The translations under genes and the position numbers were made by a program. From the IMG/VR virus record IMGVR_UViG_2802429216_000005, positions 1 to 8,451 of that record: a stretch of DNA of 8,451 nt; one strand, 5' to 3'. How positions within the stretch are numbered: position 1 is the first letter of the stretch; the number at the start of each line of letters is the position of its first letter. This DNA comes from a virus. Its lineage: Duplodnaviria > Heunggongvirae > Uroviricota > Caudoviricetes. The notes beneath the pieces were generated by a model. It was not told the origin of the DNA. It did no database searches and saw nothing but the letters and a program-made list of their open reading frames with translations. Below are positions 1 through 5,044 of this stretch, piece after piece.

Positions 1-1433
1 TTATCGGCGTCAGGCTGGCTGATATTGGCTGCCTGCATAATTTTGTTTACTTCGTCAGCGGTAACTTTTACCGGCTCCGGTTGTGCGATCGTGTCAGATG
101 CACCAGTATTTTGTTGTGAACCTGAGTATGTACCGTTTTTGCGGGCAAAATATTCTTCTTTCGTGATTTCAGTAGCCCCTGCAGCCAGCGCCTTATTCAG
201 ACCAGAAAGTTTGTTTGCACGACCGTATTTTTCGCCATCCTTGTCGGTGAAGAGGAAGTAGAACGGCCCCTCACGCTCTACAGATGATTCGACTTCCACT
301 TTGCATTCGGTTTTTTCGTTGTCGTGAATTGCCGTTTCCACTGCGTCAGTTTCTGGTACTGGCGACGAGAGAGTATTAGCTGTGCCCTGATTTGTTCCTT
401 CGTCATCTTCAAACACGCCCTTTGTAGTCAGGTATTCAGTGATGTATTTGTTCAGTGCCACGGGATCTTTGTGAATGTCGATCGGGCGTTCACGGACAAG
501 GCCAAAAATAGTCTGGCGGCTGTAGCGAAGCGCATCAGGTTGTTTGCGCATTGATGCGGAGATGCGCTTCCAGTCTTCGCGATCTCTGGCGATAACTTCA
601 TTTTTAGCCCAGCGAAGGATGCTGCCGTCAATGTTTCCGGCATCCGCATCACCAGGCCAGAGATAGTAGGCCAGCTCCCTGTCCAGGGTTTTCCATGTCT
701 GCTTGTATTCGCGATGAATGGCGGCAGTTACAGGAGGGATTTTTTCTGCTGGGTTTTCAGTGTGCTGTCGGTTGGCTTTGGCGCGGGCAAGATCAACAAC
801 AGACGTGTATTTTCCAGTCTCTTTGCGCTCTGCGTCCTGCCGTTTTTTCCAGTTACGTAATTCAACCTGAATTTCGGGCCATTTGGTACCCGGCTTACAT
901 TTGTGTTTAACCCATCCGATAGCGAACAGTTTGCGTTCCGGATACATAGCGTTAATTTCAGGCGTTTTCATCAGTGCTTCAACGATATGCCCGTCAAAGG
1001 TAGCCACGTCTTCTTGCAGTAATTCCTGCGCGTCAATCGCCATATCAACGGTGATGTTTTCACATGTACCGAACTTAACCAGGACCGCGTTCTGTACTTC
1101 AAGGGACAGCTTGTCAAAATTGACGTTAATAGGATCGGATTCTGGTTCGACCGGAATAAAGGAAGCGGATTCCTCATCCCAGTGGTTTTCCTGCATATAT
1201 TCGGTATCCCAGGAGTCGATAGCAGGGCGGGGCATGCCGGGTTTATCTTCGCAGACAAGAAATTTATAAGCGCAGTCCTGAGCAGCAGGATATTGCTCCA
1301 GGAATTGCCAGGTAAATTTGGCACGGGCGCGGCGTTCATCACCGGCTTCAATGGCAGTGGCTACAGCAACTGCGCCCTCTTCTTTTATTGCCTGTTCGTC
1401 CGGAATGGCGGCGCAAATAAAGACTTTACTCAT
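1..1433 (-). CDS. Large acidic hypothetical protein, distal gene of the leftward early operon; N-terminal 477+ aa present, C-terminus beyond window start
   Basis: Minus-strand frame is open from ATG (1433-1431) to position 1; no in-frame stop, which is why the ORF track omits it. GAGG about 10 nt upstream (plus-strand cctc 1444-1447). N-terminus MSKVFICAAIPDEQAIKEEGAVAVATAIEAGDERRARAKFTWQFLEQYPAAQDCAYKF. All listed ORFs overlapping it lie in other frames and look like shadows. No catalytic motif recognised by eye. Confidence 0.75.
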   Translation of the reverse strand, partial: MSKVFICAAIPDEQAIKEEGAVAVATAIEAGDERRARAKFTWQFLEQYPAAQDCAYKFLVCEDKPGMPRPAIDSWDTEYMQENHWDEESASFIPVEPESDPINVNFDKLSLEVQNAVLVKFGTCENITVDMAIDAQELLQEDVATFDGHIVEALMKTPEINAMYPERKLFAIGWVKHKCKPGTKWPEIQVELRNWKKRQDAERKETGKYTSVVDLARAKANRQHTENPAEKIPPVTAAIHREYKQTWKTLDRELAYYLWPGDADAGNIDGSILRWAKNEVIARDREDWKRISASMRKQPDALRYSRQTIFGLVRERPIDIHKDPVALNKYITEYLTTKGVFEDDEGTNQGTANTLSSPVPETDAVETAIHDNEKTECKVEVESSVEREGPFYFLFTDKDGEKYGRANKLSGLNKALAAGATEITKEEYFARKNGTYSGSQQNTGASDTIAQPEPVKVTADEVNKIMQAANISQPDAD

Positions 1434-1526
1434 TTTGTTTTAACCTCATTACAGATTTAAGGGTGAACAAATCCCTGCCATTGCTGGCATATAAAAATGA
1501 AACCGGATATTAATTACGGTGCTGTT

Positions 1527-1718
1527 TTAAAGTCCTGCCGGTATTTCGTTATTATTAGTGTGAGTAGTTTTATCTACCGGATAACAGTTACCGGGAATTT
1601 TTTGTTCTGCTGCTGCAGCCATGCATTCTTTCATTGAACCGTATAAGCCAGTCACCAGCTCAAGAGATTCGCCGGAAACAAGATAAACTGTCAGAACGAG
1701 TGCAAATGTTGTATTCAT
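1527..1718 (-). CDS. Small protein (63 aa) with N-terminal hydrophobic segment, probably membrane or secreted
   Basis: ORF track; start ATG overlaps the stop of the upstream gene (ATGA, 1715-1718); AAGGA about 8 nt upstream; N-terminus MNTTFALVLTVYLVSG is hydrophobic; two Cys residues. Confidence 0.55.
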   Translation of the reverse strand: MNTTFALVLTVYLVSGESLELVTGLYGSMKECMAAAAEQKIPGNCYPVDKTTHTNNNEIPAGL

Positions 1719-1903
1719 TGTTTATATCCTTTTTGCAGCAGGTCCAGACGAGCCAGCATTGAAGGAATGCATACTTCATTTAACAGGTCCTGCTCGAGTT
1801 TTCTCTGCTTAATGGCGTCTTCAATAAATGTTTTGTCTCCAGTGATAACGCCAATTTCGAAACGAAGTTCAGACGTGATGGCATTACATGATAACTTTTC
1901 CAT
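1715..1903 (-). CDS. Small hypothetical protein (62 aa); alternative GTG start at 2008 would give 97 aa
   Basis: In-frame ATG at 1903-1901 is preceded by GAGGA with about 7-nt spacing, whereas the GTG at 2008 used by the ORF track has no obvious SD. Stop overlaps the next start (ATGA), indicating translational coupling. Confidence 0.5.
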   Translation of the reverse strand: MEKLSCNAITSELRFEIGVITGDKTFIEDAIKQRKLEQDLLNEVCIPSMLARLDLLQKGYKQ

Positions 1904-2406
1904 TATCGCGTCCTCAACAATGAATTTTGTGATGCGGTGCCTGGTGCCTCCAGGTGACGTTAACCAGTTAACAATTAACGCCGGATACAGAGAATCCACC
2001 CATAACACTGTTTTTGGTTTTAACTGTTCCGCGTGCGCTGAGCCGCATTCACCGCATCACAAAATTCACTTTTAAAAAAGGGCGGCAGAGCAGTCACGGA
2101 GTAAAACTGATACCGCCAAATGTCACCAGAATATTGATAACAGAGGGCGTTGTAGCGGGGTTGTCACTTAAGCGTATGGTCAACCTGACAACCCGGTGTC
2201 CTCAACGGGGAAAGGCGTCCCTCCCACCCCCGCCATACTTACCGCCGCGCCATTTCGCGGGTCGCCACAACCGGAAGCGCACGGTCGAATTAAATTTAAC
2301 GACACCGTGCAGTGAGACGAACTTCGCCGTGCGCTTTCGTGTTGTGTGCCTGCTTTTAACCACGTCAGGCGAGGTGGTTTCCGTCATTCCCCAACGACAG
2401 GAAATC

Positions 2407-2414
2407 TGTATAAT
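2407..2414 (+). promoter_or_regulatory. Candidate -10 element (TGTATAAT) for the plus-strand antisense cassette
   Basis: Perfect TATAAT at 2409-2414 with TG immediately 5'; followed by AAGGA SD (2435-2439) and ATG 2446. No convincing -35 hexamer found (best ATTCCC/GTCATT), so this is weak. Confidence 0.3.
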
Positions 2415-2480
2415 CTGGGTATCCCCAACGATCCAAGGAAATCATATGACAGAGCAAAGAGCACAAGCAGGTGATGGTGT

Positions 2481-2687
2481 ATGGACCGGGATGATATTCT
2501 TGACAGAATTTTTTATGGCTATTTTCTTGAGCAACTGTTTTCTGTAGCGACTGGTCGTCTCGATAAACTTCTCTCAGTAGTGAGTATTATCCTCGGTTCA
2601 TCTGTCATTGGCGGATTCATTCCGGAAATTTCTGGCGTTTTTATTGTTGTGATCGCAACCGTCCAAACGATTTATGGATTCGGATAA
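2481..2687 (+). CDS. Small membrane protein (68 aa), antisense to the leftward operon, at the sieB-like position
   Basis: ORF track; AGGTGA SD (2469-2474) 6 nt before ATG 2481; hydrophobic stretch LSVVSIILGSSVIGGFIPEISGVFIVVIATV consistent with a TM helix; AT-rich. Same frame as the next ORF, separated by a single TAA (2685-2687). Confidence 0.5.
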   Translation: MDRDDILDRIFYGYFLEQLFSVATGRLDKLLSVVSIILGSSVIGGFIPEISGVFIVVIATVQTIYGFG

Positions 2688-2702
2688 AAGTCAGGTAATA
2701 CC

Positions 2703-2927
2703 ATGAGAAAATCCGCAGAATATTTGCAGCTTTTTGATGATGCAGAAAAATATTCTGATTCGGAATTGAAAATTCAGTTAAAAACTCTGGAAAAAACAGA
2801 TAATCATATTTGGTCATCACTTAAAGATATTGCGATCTTAAAAACACAGATCAAAATAGGCGTCTCCATCGAACAACAAGAGAAGTTGCCCACAAAATCC
2901 AAATTGATGCGATTTCTTTGTGGTTAG
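2703..2927 (+). CDS. Small hydrophilic protein (74 aa), second ORF of the antisense cassette
   Basis: ORF track; very AT-rich; weak SD AGGT (2692-2695); same frame as 2481-2687. Could be the C-terminal part of a disrupted larger gene. Confidence 0.45.
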   Translation: MRKSAEYLQLFDDAEKYSDSELKIQLKTLEKTDNHIWSSLKDIAILKTQIKIGVSIEQQEKLPTKSKLMRFLCG

Positions 2928-3016
2928 GAATATCCAGATTGTTAAAGAGCATGCCGGAGGTTTATCCGTGTCCGGCGCACGCACTTCATCTGCGGAGAAC
3001 TACTTGAGCTCATTGG

Positions 3017-3232
3017 TCAGTAGTTTTCAATCACTCGCGAAACGTTTAATGCCGCGCTTTTTGCCAGAGTGGTAATATCCTGCTCCGCTGACACCAGTTC
3101 TTTAGAGAGGCGCTCTTTGTAGTCAGCGGCCTGCTTCAGGTCATTAATGGCGCGTATCTTTCCGCACATCCATTCGTAAATTTCATCCTCGGTATAGTCT
3201 GGTGCGATGATGACGGGTTCTCGTTTCTGCAT
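3017..3232 (-). CDS. Hypothetical early protein (71 aa)
   Basis: ORF track; GAGGA SD 6 nt upstream of ATG (3232-3230); same orientation as the repressor-proximal leftward operon. Confidence 0.65.
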   Translation of the reverse strand: MQKREPVIIAPDYTEDEIYEWMCGKIRAINDLKQAADYKERLSKELVSAEQDITTLAKSAALNVSRVIENY

Positions 3233-3261
3233 ACTGATTCCTCGAGGTGCCGCTTCGCTTA

Positions 3262-3390
3262 TCAGTCGTTAGATTTTGCCGAACTGGAAAGCGCCTGTTT
3301 AAACTCACTGAAGCTGAGAGCTTCTTCGCCTTCGGCAAGGCCTTCGAAGTATTCTTCGTAAGCCTTTTCCATGATTGCGTCGAAATCCAT
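3262..3390 (-). CDS. Tiny acidic protein (42 aa), below the ORF-track length cut-off
   Basis: Manual translation of the minus strand: MDFDAIMEKAYEEYFEGLAEGEEALSFSEFKQALSSSAKSND. Its ATG (3390-3388) sits 1 nt after the TGA of the upstream gene (TGAtATG), with GGTGAG just upstream. Size recalls Rac ydaG (44 aa, from memory), unverified. Confidence 0.4.
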   Translation of the reverse strand: MDFDAIMEKAYEEYFEGLAEGEEALSFSEFKQALSSSAKSND

Positions 3391-3391
3391 A

Positions 3392-3547
3392 TCACTCACC
3401 TGAATTTCTTTCCAGCCAGCGACGCGCGCCAGCTTCGGTTTTAAACGTTTTGCTTCTGGTATACGTCATCGCGGTGAACGTGCCGTCCTGGTTGGGAAAC
3501 ACGCCGTACACCAGAGATTCGTTGTTGCCAAGATCGATAGTATCCAT
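3392..3547 (-). CDS. Small protein (51 aa), first gene of the leftward operon; alternative upstream ATG at 3628 would give 78 aa
   Basis: Internal ATG at 3547-3545 has GAGG with 5-nt spacer, better than the context of the ATG at 3628. Protein MDTIDLGNNESLVYGVFPNQDGTFTAMTYTRSKTFKTEAGARRWLERNSGE. Size and position recall Rac ydaF (51 aa, from memory), unverified. Confidence 0.55.
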   Translation of the reverse strand: MDTIDLGNNESLVYGVFPNQDGTFTAMTYTRSKTFKTEAGARRWLERNSGE

Positions 3548-3725
3548 GCTGACCTCATTTCCCCTTAACGCCGGGGTAGCGGAACAAAAACCTGCTGCAT
3601 AGTTATTAAAGTTGAACCCTGCCGTCATGTTCTTACGCCTCGGGCTGGCTACTTAACCCCTGACCACTGCCGGGTAACTCTAGGTATTGCCCTGCGTTCT
3701 GTGGGGCGGGGTGGGTTGGCATGTA

Positions 3726-3775
3726 TATAATGTACTTTATGTTCAGTGTTGTAAAGTACTTTGAGTACATTTTAT
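3726..3775. promoter_or_regulatory. Putative leftward early promoter/operator (OL/pL-like) region
   Basis: Lies about 150 bp upstream of the first leftward gene. Contains TGTACTttatGTTC (3731-3744), palindrome AAAGTACTTT (3753-3762) and AGTACA (3764-3769), the same motif family as in the repressor/cro intergenic region. On the minus strand TTTACA followed by CATTAT at 17-bp spacing is a plausible -35/-10. Confidence 0.35.
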
Positions 3776-3845
3776 GTGTAAAAAAATGAGATGGGAAAAA
3801 GTGAAGCACAAACCCGGAGGGGGACGCTACCGGATTTATGCTGGT

Positions 3846-4265
3846 TTAAGAGGCTTTTTGTTTTTTCTTTCGTGCTAACTCTTCGTAAATTGCATTGTAC
3901 TTTTGTTTTTTCTCCTCAAGAGTTTTTAAAAGTTCATCTGTCTCACTGTCAGGGAGCTCGTCCAGAAGATCAATGATGATTTTTTGTCTTGGATTTAACT
4001 CCTGATAGAAACGTACCTGTCCACTTTCTTCTGTATCCTCTCCCAAAAGATAGGTTGGTGTTGTTCCAATGAGTGTTGCTAATTCCCTTAATTTCTCTCG
4101 GCGAGGAATTGTTTCGCCATTAAACCATTTGCTAACCGCTTTTGGTGTTAATTTCATTCGACGGGCAATTTCTGCCTGCCTTCCATGTTGTTCATAACCA
4201 GCGTTTTCACAGGCTAGCGCAAGCCTACTGGCGAACTCTTTACGCGCTTTATCTTCATGAACCAT
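3846..4265 (-). CDS. Prophage repressor, XRE/cI-type HTH N-terminal domain, no S24 peptidase domain evident (RacR-like)
   Basis: ORF track, 139 aa; HTH segment MKLTPKAVSKWFNGETIPRREKLRELATLIGTTPTYLLG; C-terminal half is charged and coiled-coil-like (ELLKTLEEKKQKYNAIYEELARKKKQKAS). Divergent from the Cro-like gene across an 80-bp intergenic region with repeated operator-like motifs. Confidence 0.85.
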   Translation of the reverse strand: MVHEDKARKEFASRLALACENAGYEQHGRQAEIARRMKLTPKAVSKWFNGETIPRREKLRELATLIGTTPTYLLGEDTEESGQVRFYQELNPRQKIIIDLLDELPDSETDELLKTLEEKKQKYNAIYEELARKKKQKAS

Positions 4266-4344
4266 AAGTTCAATGATATTCGCTCTTGAATGTACTGTCA
4301 GTTCTGTTATAGCATGTACTCAAAGTTCACATTGTGAGGGTGAT
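4266..4344. promoter_or_regulatory. Divergent promoter/operator region (OR-like) between repressor and cro-like gene
   Basis: Direct repeat TGTACTnnnAGTTC at 4291-4304 and 4315-4328 (24-bp spacing); palindrome CACAtTGTG at 4328-4336. Candidate rightward promoter TTGAAT (4286-4291), 16 bp, TATAGC (4308-4313). SD GAGGGTGA (4336-4343) before ATG 4345. Confidence 0.5.
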
Positions 4345-4599
4345 ATGAACCAGAAAACACTTGAAGATGTAATCAAAACTGTTCGCGTTTCTGTTGTGGC
4401 CGACGTTTGTGGTGTCAGCCAAAGAGCAATCTACAAATGGATGGATAACGGAAAATTGCCTCGCACTGAATATACCGGCGAAACAAATTATGCTGAAAAA
4501 ATCGCTCATGCATCAAACGGATTATTTTCTGCCGATGCAATTTTAACTATTGGCAGAAATAAAACTACTACGAAAAAGCTGTTGGGAGTTGATTCATGA
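4345..4599 (+). CDS. Cro-like / YdaS-like HTH DNA-binding protein (84 aa from ATG 4345; ORF track start 4273 rejected)
   Basis: HTH VADVCGVSQRAIYKWMDNGKLP; strong SD GAGGGTGA before ATG 4345, whereas the ATG at 4273 lies inside the operator region. Stop overlaps the next gene start (ATGA at 4596-4599). Confidence 0.75.
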   Translation: MNQKTLEDVIKTVRVSVVADVCGVSQRAIYKWMDNGKLPRTEYTGETNYAEKIAHASNGLFSADAILTIGRNKTTTKKLLGVDS

Positions 4600-5021
4600 A
4601 AATCAAGCATGAGCACATCCGCATGGCGATGAATGCCTGGTCGCATCCGGACGGCGAAAAAGTTCCGGCAGCTGAAATAACCCGGGCTTATTTTGAACTG
4701 GGTATGACGTTTCCGGAACTGTACGACGATTCACACCCAGAAGCCCTGGCTCGCAATACTCAGAAGATTTTCCGCTGGGTGGAGAAAGACACCCCTGATG
4801 CGGTTAAAAAAATTCAGGCGTTGTTACCAGCGATCGAAAAAGCAATGCCACCTCTGCTGGTGGCCCGAATGCGCAGCCACAGTTCAACCTGGTTTCGGGA
4901 GCTGGTGGAGACGCGGGAACGACTGGTGAGAGACGCTGATGATTTTGTCGCAGTGGCGATCGCTGGTTTCAATCAGATGAATCGTGGTGGTCCGGCGGGA
5001 AATGCCGTGGTGATGCACTAA
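4596..5021 (+). CDS. ydaT: YdaT-like protein (141 aa), the reported functional CII analogue of Rac/CP-933P-type prophages
   Basis: ORF track; position immediately after the cro-like gene with coupled ATGA start; size 141 aa versus 140 aa for Rac YdaT; N-terminus MKIKHEHI matches my recollection of YdaT. Assignment is from memory and synteny, not a search. Confidence 0.7.
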   Translation: MKIKHEHIRMAMNAWSHPDGEKVPAAEITRAYFELGMTFPELYDDSHPEALARNTQKIFRWVEKDTPDAVKKIQALLPAIEKAMPPLLVARMRSHSSTWFRELVETRERLVRDADDFVAVAIAGFNQMNRGGPAGNAVVMH

Positions 5022-5044
5022 AAGCACGGTGTTCGGAGTTTTTT

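Noticed and set aside
25-1460. Plus-strand ORFs 25-261, 324-554, 695-910, 883-1269, 1182-1460 and minus-strand ORFs 452-652, 971-1351
   Set aside because: All overlap the long open minus-strand frame (1-1433) in other frames, lack SD sequences and have odd composition; shadow ORFs.
2279-2310. Possible tRNA or tRNA-like element (GGTCGAATT resembling a T-loop)
   Set aside because: No acceptor stem, anticodon arm or canonical GTTCGAATC T-loop could be built; it is a simple hairpin only.
2014-2547. 177-aa plus-strand ORF and 61-aa minus-strand ORF (2202-2387) in the GC-rich spacer
   Set aside because: Arg/Pro-rich low-complexity translations, no SD, atypical start context; the region is better treated as non-coding. 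Only the last 33 codons (from ATG 2446) have a real SD, discussed in findings.
2954-2976. Terminator between the convergent antisense cassette and the 71-aa gene
   Set aside because: 5-bp stem with a 12-nt loop and no U-tract on either strand; not convincing.
3183-3628. ORFs 3183-3395 (-), 3247-3444 (+), 3375-3602 (+) and the long version of 3392-3628 (-)
   Set aside because: They overlap the SD-supported small minus-strand genes in other frames or strand; the 78-aa extension starting at ATG 3628 has a poorer SD context than the internal ATG 3547, though it cannot be fully excluded.
3716-3731. Plus-strand promoter TTGGCA ... TATAAT
   Set aside because: Spacer between the hexamers is only 4 bp; not a functional sigma70 geometry. 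The TATAAT may instead be part of the operator or of a minus-strand element.
3790-3845. Intrinsic terminator downstream of the repressor gene (minus strand)
   Set aside because: Only a 4-5 bp CCGG-based stem, and the T-rich run is not adjacent to it; too weak to call.
4281-4288. Lambda boxA-like sequence CGCTCTTG
   Set aside because: It lies upstream of the candidate rightward promoter, so would not be in the transcript, and no adjacent boxB-type hairpin was found; likely coincidental.
4273-4344. ORF-track start of the cro-like gene at ATG 4273
   Set aside because: This ATG lies inside the operator/promoter repeats with no SD; ATG 4345 has a strong GAGGGTGA SD and gives a typical Cro-sized protein.
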